Assembly: GCF_009914755.1 (NCBI RefSeq)
Contig: NC_060926.1
Strand: one strand, 5' to 3'
Source: the human T2T-CHM13v2.0 reference genome, Homo sapiens
Length of the DNA stretch: 64,000 bases
Position 1 is the first letter of the stretch, and every line of letters begins with the position of its first letter. The translations under genes and the position numbers were made by a program. Shown here piece by piece: positions 13,005 to 25,283 of this stretch. The notes below the pieces were generated by a model that did not search any database, was not told where the DNA came from, and worked only from the letters and a program-made list of their open reading frames with translations.

Positions 13005-15259
13005 GTAAGCAAAGCCGCGCCGCACCGGGAGCGTGGCTGTGGGTGATGGGTGGGTCAGGGACCCGGGCAGGATGTGCGGTGTCCGGAGGCATCCGGGCTC
13101 AGCATTGTTTTCTCCCACCTCCTTCAACGCCAAACCTTCCTTCCTTATCCGGAGGTTCCCAGACTCAGCTGTCAGCCACGAGACGCACAAGTGACTTTTT
13201 CTCCCCACTGACGGCAGAGGAAAAGTTCCGCTCTGCGTCTTTGCGTTCTGATGGATGCTTTCCCTCATTTTCTCTGCAAGCTTCACTAAACCGTTGATGG
13301 AGGGAGGAAGGGAGAACTCTGGATAAATGCAGACCCACCGGATGGTTGTGCATTGCTTTCCAATGAAGGGTTAGCTTTTCCCATACAATGAAGAAAATGC
13401 ACAGCTTACTCTCAAGTGAAAAAAAAGAATCCCTCTAGACTTAAATGATCCCGAAATCCCAAGATGTGTGAACTTTCCCGGTAGGGAGGCAGAGTTTTAA
13501 GTGGACCCTGCATCACAGTAAAGAGCAATGCAAGAGCCCAGAGTTTTTGCGCTGCAGAAAGCACAACCGGAAAGCAATCAATCCCCCAAGCATTATCACT
13601 GGTCCTTGTGGTTACCACCACATCCAGGGAAAACGCTTCCTGACCCGCTAATCACCTCACAGAATTTCTCTCCATCCATTTGGCAAGGAATTTGTAAACC
13701 TCTTTCCTCCCCTTTCTCTTTCCATCTTCCTTCCACTTGGGGCTTGTTTCTTCTGTTCGAGATTTCCTCTTTTGGGAGCATGACTTTGGGGTAAGGTTAT
13801 TTAGGAAAGAACCCTCGCACAGGCTCTGGAAAAGGGCCTCAGTGTAAATGCATGTGAGTAATCAATCAAATGTATGTCAGATTAAAATTGATTTTGGTGG
13901 AGCAGTCAGTATAAAACGATATGTATGTATGTATATATGTAAGTATATATGTGTGTGTGTACATACACACACACACATCCCTCAATGACAATGAAAGATG
14001 GACTTTTACTTACTATTGAATTTATTGGGTTCACTAATATATTCAAAAGCTCTGTTCAGGGTTAAGCTGCGTAACCAGTGCATCATGCATGTTGCAAGCT
14101 CCCAGCACCAGCTTAGGTAGACTAACCACAGAATGTGGCTCCAGTAAAGTCTTTTTCCCAACACTGACACATGGAAGTTTAAAATCAGTGGAGAGGTTTC
14201 TATAATATATAAAGAAGAGTGGGTGGTAATTACAAATGGCTTGTAGTAGTTTCTGTTATTTTGTGGCTTTTTGATTATGTAACAGGAGTGTTCTATTCTG
14301 GGTGTGAATTTGGACAAAGGGAAATTACTATTTTGTTTTTAACCCACAGGTCAGAAAGCACACTGTTTTCAAACTTAAAAAACATCACAATTAGGAAACA
14401 CATACATTTTGGATTCTACTGTATTGATACTACATGGTGTCCTGTGTGTGTAAAACAGGCACTGCAAGAGACTTTAAAATATATGACAATAAAGAGCAAA
14501 CGGCTCTATAATGTTGTAAAAAACAAAAGTAATGGAGTATAAGGAATATACAAATTCTTGCAACTGAGTTTGCCACTTGTGAATTGTACTATGCTGGTTT
14601 ATATTATCAGAAGGGTCATTGCTGAGTAATGGTGCCTCTTTTGTTTTGAAGTTTCTTTTTGTGACAAAAAAGGAGGGAGACAACAGAATATTAACTTGAT
14701 TTTTCCCCTATTTAATAGTAAATGCAATTAACATTTGGTAAATGGCCTTTAAAATTAAAGATATTAGAAAATAAAGTGAATTATTATGTTAGGTTTTTAT
14801 TGGAAAAGTAGCACATACATATAATTTAAAAAATCAAATGTTGCAAAGGAGTGTGAAGGAAAGACCCTCAGACACTCCACATTCCCACTTATGTAGTCCA
14901 CCCTCATAGATGTTAACACTTTCTTATGTATGCTTCCAAAATATTCCATGCATGTGTAAGCAGATATATCTATATGTGTCTATGATGAACTATAGCAGCT
15001 CCTGATTTCTACAAAAAAATCTGGCTAGAGTTTTACAAGTCTCATAGTTTTAAGCATTTTTGAAGCCTAGAGGGTAGTCTAAGGTCATTGTGATGAATAA
15101 ACTAATCTTCAAGGGTAATCTGGTAGGTCTTTGGTGGGCAGCAGTCATTGGGGTCTGTTCCCAGAGGCCTTAACGCCCTTCTAAGGAGAAAAAAAGGCAG
15201 GTGGTAAGCTCTGTTCCACTCCGTCTCTGAGATCAAGAACCTTTCTGGTGACATTCTTG

Positions 15260-15502
15260 AATCTGCTGCCCTGTGGTTTGTTCCCTTTAGCATAGTAAAA
15301 ATGAGTTTCCAAAAAAAGTTTAGATCATATAAGAAATACATAGCACATGTTCTATATTGAGAGAAAATGCATTTTTCACAGTTTTGCCAAGAGATTTTTT
15401 TTTAAATTTGGCATTGAAATGTACACAAAGAAGAAAAGCTTTAGTACATTTTAATCAAAATATTAAATGCTGTTCCAAATAGCTGTAGTGCAGTAATAAT
15501 TG
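15260..15502 (+). repeat. Local duplication, copy 1 (~243 bp)
   Basis: aatctgctgccctgtggtttgttcc...gcagtaataattg recurs at 16169-16413. Confidence 0.95.
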
Positions 15503-16168
15503 ATATTCATAATGCTGAGCCACTGAAAGGTTGTGAATCATCAAATATTAAATTCTTGTCAGCTCAATTTAAGGTATTGTTTCAGAATAGTGCTATCCTG
15601 ACAGAAAACAGACTGTCTTGTATATTAATAAAAAGAATGTTTTTAGTAAATTTGCCCTCCATAATTTGTGAAAACATGTGTTTAGTTGAAAAAACAATTT
15701 TCTTCTGAGCTGAGGAAAACAATGACAACATTTATCTGTATGCATCTTCAGAAATTCTTTCTACTGACATTGTGTTTCTTCCCCACATATAACCAATCCT
15801 AGGTTTAAAAACGTTCAATGTGAGAATTAAACTAAGTTTTTTTAAAATCTGTCTACTTTTTCCTATATTTTTCTGTGTGATTGTTTCAACAGCATTGACA
15901 TTGATAAATGCTGCATGTTTTTTGGTAAGCGCATTGTTATATACCACAATAATGCAATAGAATCCATTTTAATTTCTTCTTGATGACTTGTGGTTTGAAA
16001 TGACAAGTTGGATACCTGCAGTATTGATAATCTCTAAAAGTTGTTTACTATTCTGCATTTGAATATATTTCTAATTAAGAAATAAGACCATTTATTTATC
16101 TGGTATTTGATATCAAACTTATAGCATTTAAAATATTTAACATTTTAGATTATTGCTTATAGCCCTAT

Positions 16169-16413
16169 AATCTGCTGCCCTGTGGTTTGTTCCCTTTAGC
16201 ATAGTAAAAATGAGTTTCCAAAAAAAGTCTAGATCATATAAGAAATACATAGCAAATGTTTTATATTGAGAGAAAATGCATTTTTCACAGTTTTGCCAAG
16301 AGTTTTTTTAAATTTGGCATTGAAATGTACACAAAGAAGAAAAGCTTTAGTACATTTTATATTAATCAAAACATTAAATGCTGTTCCAAATAGCTGTAGT
16401 GCAGTAATAATTG
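16169..16413 (+). repeat. Local duplication, copy 2 (~245 bp)
   Basis: Direct copy of 15260-15502 with 4 substitutions and 2 small indels by manual alignment. Confidence 0.95.
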
Positions 16414-17511
16414 TAATGTTTTGGAAATAGGAAGCAGCATAGCTTATTTACTATATTAGTTGGTGGAAACTGAGCTACATGTGTATTTTAAAAATAGCAG
16501 TTGATTTTTCTTCCATTGTATGTAACACATTGACGGGTTCTACTTTTTTTCAACTTCCTTTTGTTCTACTTAAGAACAAATTCTCTAGGCAAGGAAGAAT
16601 AGAAATTGTCACTTGAATCTCATGGACATGGGTGTGGGGGATGAAGATGGGAGTTGGGAATGAGGTGTTGAGACCAGCACTGGAGCAGCTACTTGGGTGT
16701 TGTTCATGTCTCATTATTTTATATCATGGCGAGTCTCACTCTCTCATGTCATCTTGGGCTGGTATGGTGGATTTTTGAACTGAAGCCTTAAAGGTGCCCC
16801 TTGGGTACCAGTAGACCCCTATCAAGATTATGGCTTTCCTCAGAGAGGCAAGAGGAATGCAGTTCACATTAAGTGCCTACTACTGTGAGTCATATACTAA
16901 ACTAGGAGCTTTCGTACGTTTGTATCACTTAAACCTCACAGGAAACTCTCTAAAGTATGGAAGGAAGGCACAGAGAGCTACTGTTAAAATGTGGAGTGAT
17001 GACTGAAAGTCATGTCTGCTTAATTTCAGAGTTTGTGCTCTTGGGCTGGTTCTCAGATGCAAGAAGTCCCACAATCCATCAACACTTCTAGGTTTGAAAC
17101 AGCCCGAACACGTGAGATAGTGACAGAAGAGTACGCATCTTAGGTCCTATGGTTTGTGGGGTAAATTATCTTTTCTCAGCCTTCTTTCCTTCAGTTCAGA
17201 ACATTTGGAGGTTGATTATTCTAGAAAGGGATTGCAACCTCTTCTGTCTTTGGCTATTTTGTTAGGCCTGTGCTGTACTTGAAAAGACAGAGCAATCTGG
17301 CAGGTGTTCTGCTTGGCGTCAATATATGGAGCTTACATCCTATTGTTTTACCCCAGGCCCACTTTCCCCATACCCCTGCAGACAGTGGAGTTTGTGAAGC
17401 ATTGTATTCTCTTTTAGGCTGATACGCAGGCAGAAAAAATACCTGGGTCATAGGAATATATATAAATCTAGGGGAGTAAGGAAATGGGGGAATCTTCTTT
17501 TGGAGCTCTGA

Positions 17512-17513
<2 letters not shown>

Positions 17514-17545
<32 letters not shown>
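17514..17545. repeat. (GT)16 microsatellite
   Basis: Read directly. Confidence 0.95.
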
Positions 17546-17547
<2 letters not shown>

Positions 17548-17968
17548 AAATAGGGACGGTTATGAAGGGAAATTAAATGTGATTAAAAATTAGTTAAAAA
17601 TTTTAGGCACTCTATGGATTATATAGGCGTTTGTAGATTGACCCAGGAATTAGTCAGCATTTATAGATTTTATTCTCTACAAATATGTGTTAAAAGTTCC
17701 GAATAACCAACTTATGGATGGATTTTGGAGAAATAACCAGAGGAGCTGGCCAGCCTTTACTTTACCGTAAGGGTTGCTGAGAGTGTGCCCTGGGGGCTTC
17801 AGCTGCGGCTCTCCTCCCGAGATGTGATTTGGCTGCATGAATGGCATGAACCTCTTAGGTAGATTTGGTTTATGATCCCCACAACTTCAGTTAGAATGTT
17901 ACTTTCTCTCAAATTGCCATAGTAACATGGTCACATTTCACCTTAGAAGTGGTTGCTTCTTATTGCAG

Positions 17969-18026
17969 GGTCTTTCTGATGTGATTTCTTATAGCACCTC
18001 TCAAGAAAATGAAGAATAAACTTCAG
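17969..18026 (+). other. PLCL1: Candidate 58-nt alternative/cassette exon of PLCL1
   Basis: Acceptor ttgcttcttattgcag| (AG 17967-17968) and donor CAG|GTAAAG (18026/18027). An internal aaaATGa at 18009 gives MKNKLQ ending in phase 0. Confidence 0.55.
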
Positions 18027-19496
18027 GTAAAGAGCTTTGTCTTACTTTGATGAAAGGTTTTTGAAGTGTCTGTTGATTAGTGTTTGCTACTATTATCAGA
18101 ATTTACAAAGTTTGTTTTCCCTTTTGGAAAATATATTAAGGCTAAAAAAAGTGTAAGTTAATTACATAGCCATTGAGGGGTTAAACGTGCATTGTGATTG
18201 AGACTGAATAGTGTTTTCCCAACCTTTCCCTTTTTACAATGGAGAAAACAGGTAATTAAATTTTGTACAGTAAAATGTCAATTGAACATTTATTGCCAAA
18301 TAACACCTCAGGCATAGCAGGGCATTATGAAAAGATATCAGGAGACAGCCGACCTTACCTTGGTGCTACTGAACAAGCAATTCATTAACTGCTTCTAGGC
18401 AATGCCACAGCAAACTAATCAGGCAGTGGCCCAGGCAGTAACTCAATGAAGGAATTGCATCAGTCTTCTTTGCGCCCTCACTCAATTCTGTTCAGCTTTA
18501 ATAACTGTGAATATTAAAAATAACTCCACATTCAGGAGCAATGTCCAAACTGAGATGTGCTTAACACTGTATATTTTAAAAAAACTATCCGACTTTAGAT
18601 GACCAGACAGAGCTAAGAGGCAGGATCTCAGCAACAGTAAATGAGCCATTGGTTATAAGAAGGAGGGAGAGAATCATTGTGTTGGACTTTACATTGAAAT
18701 CTAAGGTAATAAATCAATAAACTTTATTATAGTGAAACCTTTCAGTTCTGCAAAATCTTAGTGTTTTAATAATGTAAAAGAGGTTTATTTGTAGTTTTGT
18801 TGACTCTTATTCACCTCCCTATCTATCCTAGATCATCTCTGTATTCTAGTTCCTGTAATAGGAAACAATAGACAGAGTTTATGGTAATTAATGATTACAC
18901 TAAACTGACAATAACTATTAGGGCCAAATGGCCAACTTCTGTAACAACAACATTCGGTCTTACATATTGGCAAATGTATTGTGTATTTCAGCTAACTTTT
19001 AATGGCAACAAAATCATAGTATGACGAAGTATTGGAATAGTCCATTGGATTTAAAATTGGATTTCATTTGTAGTTTTATCTGTAACATCTTTTGTGAATA
19101 TAAGAGAGAGATATAACCTAGTTTATTTTCAGCAGTGCCGTTTAAACTCATCTTATTAATAATCAATCTAGCATTACTTTGAGAAAAGTAGGATTGTACA
19201 TGGTGAGTAGAAAAGAAGCATTGTTTACATTATCATTATCACTTCAGAAAGAAGGCAAGTTAATTTTGAAAATAATAAAATCTATCAAGGCAAAACAACA
19301 TAAACTATTTTAGTGTGTCTCGTTTCCATATATTTCTTAATTTGTATTTGTAAATTTATGAAAGTGTGTAGCTATTATAGGCAAGGTTATTGTGTTTTTC
19401 CTTAACTATACATCTTCATATTCAAAAGTTTAAAATACCTTTGAAAGATAATATCTGCTTTATTAATTCTTATGCTGACCTTTTTCAAGAGCCTTT

Positions 19497-20296
19497 AATT
19501 TTTAACATTTTTTACTTCTTTTCTCTTGACTTTTAGGTTCAGGGGGTGTACATGTGTAAGTTTGTTCCTTGGGTAAATTGCATGTTGCTGAGGTTTGGTG
19601 TATGAATGATCCTGTGAGCTAGTAAGCATAGTACCCAATAGTTAGTTTTTCAACCCAAGTACCCTAACCCAACCTTCCCCTTCGAGTAGTCCCCAGTATT
19701 TATTGTTCCTCTCTTTGTGTTCATGTGTATTTAGTGTTTAGCTACCACTTACAAGTGAGAACATGTGGTATTTGGTTTTCTATTTCTGCATTAGTTCACT
19801 TAGGATAATGGCCTCCAGCTGCATCCATGTTGCTGCAAAGCACATGATTTTGTTCCTTCTTATGGCTGTGTAGTATTCCATAGTGTATGCTTCCCACATT
19901 TTCTTTGTCCAGTCCACCATTGGTGAGATGATTCCATGTTTTTGCTATTGTGAAGAGTGCTGTGATGAACATACAAGTGCATGTGTCTTTTTGGTAGAGC
20001 GCTGTTGGATATATACCCAGTTGTGGGATTGGTTAGTCAAATGGTAGTTCTGTTTTAGTCTCTTTGATGAATCTCCACACTGCTTTCCACAGTGACTGAA
20101 CTAATTTACATTACCACCAGCAGTGTATAAGTGTTCCATTTTCTCCACAACTTCACCAACATTTGTTGTTTTTTGACTTCTTAATAATAGCCATTCTGGT
20201 GTGAGTTAGTATCTCATTGTGATTTTGATTTACATTTTTCTAATGATTAGTAATGATGAGCATTTTAAAATATATTTGTTGGCTGCATGCATGTCT
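19497..20296 (-). mobile_element. 5'-truncated L1 3' end (old L1PA/L1PB-like)
   Basis: Antisense L1 3' UTR (ggttcagggggtgtacatgtg...acaagtgagaacatgtggtatttggttttc...). Probable TSD ttcaagagccttt / ttcaaaagccttt. Confidence 0.88.
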
Positions 20297-21339
20297 TTCA
20301 AAAGCCTTTTAAAGATGCTAAGTATGTACTAAACACAGACTAAGCCCAGGCAATATGTATAAGCAGGCAAACTTGTATTATTTACACGGTACAATATCAC
20401 GGTTAGAAATGGTGGGATTGTGATGCTACTGAGTATTTAGCAATCAGAGATACTCAAATTCAGAACACCTGCTCTGTGAGACATTCTCCGATGTGAGGGA
20501 GATGGATGCACAAATGAGGCAAAAAGAGACAAAAGAACACTTTAGTGTTATCTGGGACCAAAATTACAATGTAGAACCCTAGAAAGCTAGACCTGACCAT
20601 GTTGTAGGCACTTTTCCCTAAGGCCCAAACGACTTCAAACAAAAGCAAGCCAAATAACCTGTATACTTAAAGCCCACACCCCACCTCCCAGATCTGACAG
20701 CCGATGATGAGGGTGCGCACACCTTCTAGGGTGTAATCAGGGGCACACGCATTAGGGCTAGACAATAAGGAGTCAGAGACATGGTCAGCAGGGGGAGAGT
20801 ATGTTTCCCCTCTAAGCCTCCCTTGGCTCAGGCTGGGTTAAGGCCTGGTTCAGGAAAAGGGTAATGGCATCAGAAGAGTGATGGCCCTGCTCCCCTACAG
20901 GTCAGCCCTGATTGTTGGGTTGGGGAGGAGAGAGAGAAGACCATGCTATGTGCACTCTGACCTCTCTCTCCTTTGAAAGCTTCCTCCCCATATAACATAC
21001 CCCATCAATGTCCTTGAACTTGCAGTTTCTTAATCATTGATGGTGACTAATGTTTGGAAGTGGGAGTGGGGATGGAGGTGAGGGAGTTGGAGCCTCATGC
21101 TCCCCCTAGAGGCGTATATAAAAGATGCAAAGTCATCTTCAGCATTTAGTAAACTCCAGCTTTGAAATATTTTGGAAGTATTGATTTCATATCATAATTA
21201 AATATTATATATTTAGAAATGTTATTAATAGTAAGTAGCTTTATTTTTATGTTTAATCTAATATATAAAACACCTAGTAACATCTTGAATTGGTTTTCCT
21301 ACTGAGCAATTTTCTTTATAATAATAGCAAATACTAATA

Positions 21340-21560
21340 TAATTTGTATGATGAGTCTAGCATTGTTTTGAGCATTAACGTGTGTCAAATAATTTAATTC
21401 TCACAATAACCATATGATATGCATATTATTATTATCTCGATTTTTACAGATGGAGAGATGTTAAGTGACTTGCCTAAGGTCACATAGCTAATAAACGCAG
21501 AGCCAAGAAGTAGGTCCAAATAATCTAGCTCCAGAGGTTGCTTTTAATCTTTATGCTATA
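21340..21560 (-). mobile_element. MIR SINE
   Basis: tttaattctcacaataacc...ttttacagatg...gttaagtgacttgcctaaggtcacatagcta. Confidence 0.75.
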
Positions 21561-21820
21561 TGTTCTTATCCTCTAAAACAGTATTGATTTGAAGCTTAGC
21601 TGGTGTGGATAAAATAGCAGATTTTTTATTGTTATCTTAAACACTAAGTTCAGCTGACAAATCAAAAACCAATTTTTAAAACAGTTTTGGGAAACTCAAG
21701 GATTACTTGAATATACATTTTTTCTCAGTTTCATAGCCTTCCTTTCACATAAAATACCTATAACTTTACTTTAATATTGCATTCCATTTTCCCTTGAGAG
21801 GAGTGGGGCTCCTAGTAGTA

Positions 21821-24214
21821 CAAGCAAACTTCACATTATCACACTTTGCTTTGTTGTACTTTGCAGATATTGCATTTTTTTAAACAAATAGAAGATTTGT
21901 GGCAACCCTGTGTTAAGCAAGTCTACTGGTGGCATTTCGTGTCTCATTTTGGCATCGTGTGCTCACTTTGTGTCTCTGTGTCACATTTTGGTAATTCTTA
22001 CAAGATTTTTAACTTTTTCATTGTTATTATATCTATTATGGTGATCTGTGATCAGTAATCTTTGATGTTACTATTGTAATTGTTTTGGAGTGCCATGAAC
22101 TATGCCCATATAATACAGCGAACTTAATTGATAAATGTGTGTGTTCTGACTGCTCCACTGACCTGCCGTTGTCAGTGTCTTTCCCTCTCCTTGGGCCTCC
22201 TACTCTTTGAGACACAACAATATTGAAATTAGTTCAGTTAATAACCCTATAATGGCCTCTAAATGTTCAAGTGAAAGAAAAAGTTTCACATCTCTCACTT
22301 TAAATCAGAAGCTAGAAATGATTAAGCTTAGTAAGGAAGGCATGTCTAAAGCTGAGATAGGCTGAAAGGTAGGCCTTTTTTGTCAGTTAGCCAAGTTGTG
22401 AATGTAAGGAAAAGTGCTTGAAGGAAATTAAAAGTGCTACTCCAGGAAGCATATGAATGATAAGAAAGCAAAAACAGCCTTGTTGCTGATATGAAGAAAG
22501 TTTTAGCGATCTGGATGGAAGATCAAACCAGCCATAACATTTCCTTAAGCCAAAGTCTAATTCAGAGCAAGATCCTAACTCTCTTCAATTCTGTGAAGGC
22601 TGATAGGGGCGAGGAAGCTGTGGAAGAAAAGTTGGAAGCTAGCAGAGTTTGGTTTATGAGGTTTAAGGAAGGAAGCTATCTCTATAATGTAAAATTGCAA
22701 GGTGAAGCAGCAAGTGCTGATGTAGAAGCTACAGCAAGTTCTCCAGGAAATCTAGCAGAGATTATCGATGAAGCCGGCTACACTAAAAAACCTCAAATTA
22801 GAAGAAGGTGTCATCTAGGACTTTTATAGCTACAGCAGTGAAATCAATGCCTGGCTTCAAATCTTCAAAGGACAGGCTAACTCTCTTGCCTGGGGTAATG
22901 CATCTGGTAACTTTAAGTGGAAGCCAATGCTCAATTACCATTCTGAAAATCCTAGGGTCTTTATGAATTATGCCAAATCTACTCTGTGCCCTATGAATGG
23001 AACAACAAAGCCTGGATGACAGCACATATGTTTATAGCATGATATACTAAATATTTTAAGCCCACTGTTGAAACCTACTGCTCAGAAAAAAACATTCCTT
23101 TCAGAATATTACTGCTTGTGGACAATGCACCTGGTCACCTAAGAGCTCTGATGGAAATGTAGAGGAGATTAATGTTTTCATCCTGTTAACATAAGATCCA
23201 TTCTGCAGCCTATGGATCAAGGAGAAATTTTGACTTTCAGGTATTATTATTTAAGAAATACATTTCATAAGGCTATAGTTGCTATAGATAGTGATTCATC
23301 TGTTGGATCTGGGCAATGTAAATTGAAACCTGGAAAGGATTCACCATTCCAGGTACCATTAAGAACATTCATGATTCATGGAAGGAGGTAAAAATATCAA
23401 CATTAGCAGGAATTTGGAAGAAGTTGATTCCAACCTCATGGATGACTTTGAAAGGTTCAGGACTTCGGTGGGGGAAGTCACTGTAGACGGGGTGGAAATA
23501 GCAAGAGAACTAGAATTAGAAGTGGAGCCTGAAGATGTGACTGAATTGCTTCCATTTCATGATAAAAATTGAATGGATGAGGAGTTGCTTCTTATGTATG
23601 AGCAAAGAAATTGGTTTCTTGAGATGGATTTTACTCCTTGTGAAGATGTTCTGAGCATTGAAATGACAACAAAAGATTTAGAATATTACATAAACCTATT
23701 TGATAAAGCAGCAGCAGGGTTCAAGAGAGTGGGCTCCTATTTTAAAAGAGGTTAGTTGTGAGTAAAATGCTATCAAACAGCATTGTATGCTACAGATACA
23801 TTTTTCACTAAAGAGTCAATAAATGTGGCAAACTTCACTTTTATCTTATTTTAAGAAATTGCCACAGCCACCCAAACCTTCAGCAACCACCACCCTGATC
23901 AGTCACCAGTGTTCAAAATGGAGGCAAGGCCCTCCAGCAGCAAAAAGATTATGACTGGCTGAAGGCTCATAATCATTATGATTATGGCTAATGATCATTA
24001 GCATTTTTTAGCAATAAGGTATTTTAAGATTAAGGTTATATACATTGTGCTTTTAGATGTAATGCTATAGCACATTTAATAGACTACTGTATAGTGTAAA
24101 CATAACTTTTATATGCATGGGAAACAAAAAAATTTGTGTGACTTGCTTTATTGCAATATTTGCTTAATTGTGATGGTCCAGAATTGAATTTACAATATCT
24201 CTGAGGTATGCCTG
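21821..24214 (+). mobile_element. Near full-length Tigger1 (TcMar-Tigger) DNA transposon with a decayed transposase
   Basis: TA|caagcaaacttc... left end and ...ctctgaggtatgcctg right end, ~2.4 kb. ORF 22491-22829 ([27 protein letters not shown]...) is a pogo/CENP-B-type transposase remnant with frameshifts and stops downstream. Confidence 0.93.
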
Positions 24215-24375
24215 TTTATTTTTATTCTTTGACTGAAGTTATCTTCTTTACCATGAAGCAAGAGTTTATGGTCCAACTTTGGTATAAATTATATAGGCTA
24301 AGGATGGACCATTACTTAATTATTGTAATCTGTTATGAATTATTTTATATTTTGATAGATTTGTCTCCCAGTGTC

Positions 24376-24402
24376 AATAAATAAATAAATAAATAAAATA
24401 AA
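24376..24402. repeat. (AAAT)n microsatellite
   Basis: Read directly. Confidence 0.9.
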
Positions 24403-25145
24403 GAGCATTTAAGTTTCCAGTCCAAGGAAGTTGTAACTTTTGTTTAGTGGTAGGAGAGATGATGCTATATGGTCAAGATTTCCTCCTAATTAGCTTTGAG
24501 GCAGATATAGTGCCTTACATGTAGGAGGAACATGTTTAATATTTGTTAAATTCCATTAAACTGAAATTCTGTCTGATCAATTAATTTCTTATTTTTGGTA
24601 GAAATTGCAAAGTCAATATGTGGGAAATTCAAATATATGATTGTGTCATGAAATTGTGCCCTTGTGGATGCTTTATTGTGTTAAAGGTAATGAATCCATT
24701 CTGCTGTGCAGAGATTTAGTGTCATGGCCAAATGGTACCCATAAGTTTGTCCCCATAACTTGGAGACTGCCTAGTGTTAAAGGTACAGTAAGCTTTCTTT
24801 TGTATGTCAGTTTTAATTATCTATCTGAAGTTATGTTAAATTATTGAAAGGTACAGGTCTTTGGCTCTCTCTCTAGTATTACAGCACTTATGCAATAAAG
24901 TATTTGGTCACATTCTCTTAAAGTGATTTTTTTTTTCTTGTCCAAAAAGAAAGGGTTCTCCCAAGCATTTGAAACCTAAAAAACTTTTTTTCCTCATACT
25001 TTCTCATGTTTATTTAGTGTGGGAACAAGCTAGTTTTGTGATAAATGAACTGATGTTTCTATGTGCGTGTGCGTGTGCACGTGTGTGTGTGTGTGTATAC
25101 TTACGCCAGGCATATTGGAAGTCAGAAGTCTCAACAGGAGGTAAC

Positions 25146-25283
25146 ATTTATTTTATTTTTTTTAGTAGAGATGGGGGTTTTGCTGTGTTTCCCAGGCTAG
25201 ATTTGAACTCCTGGGCTTAAGGGATCCTCTCACCTCAAACTCCCAAGTAGCTGGAACTATAGGCCTGTGTCCCCATGCCTGGT
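25146..25283 (-). mobile_element. Free Alu monomer (FLAM-like)
   Basis: T-rich tail followed by agagatggggg...aactcctgggc...cccaagtagctgg...atgcctgg. Flanking aggtaac repeats are a probable TSD. Confidence 0.8.

Larger units (their letters stand above)
12010..13240. promoter_or_regulatory. PLCL1: CpG island promoter / 5' UTR / exon 1 of PLCL1
   Basis: Abrupt switch to very GC- and CpG-rich sequence within otherwise AT-rich, CpG-depleted DNA. Contains an inverted CCAAT (ATTGG 12149-12153), CCAAT (12206-12210), an ETS-type CACTTCCTG (12282-12290) and an NRF1-like CGCGCACGCG near 12040. No TATA box seen. Confidence 0.92.

Noticed and set aside
13005-13046. C-terminal VSKAAPHRERGCG of the 93-aa ORF at 12765
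   Set aside because: Read-through past the consensus AAG|GTAAGC donor, so it is intronic.
12546-13286. 246-aa antisense ORF, plus other overlapping 70-200 aa ORFs across the CpG island
   Set aside because: Stop codons are rare in very GC-rich DNA. The products are low-complexity Arg/Pro/Ala/Gly readings of the GCC repeat with no recognisable domain.
13920-13978. (TG)n/(CA)n inverted tract with cruciform or Z-DNA potential
   Set aside because: Short, common compound microsatellite with no specific sign of function.
22491-23755. Possible domesticated TIGD-like transposase gene
   Set aside because: The transposase frame is broken by several stops and frameshifts, as expected for a decayed Tigger1 copy.
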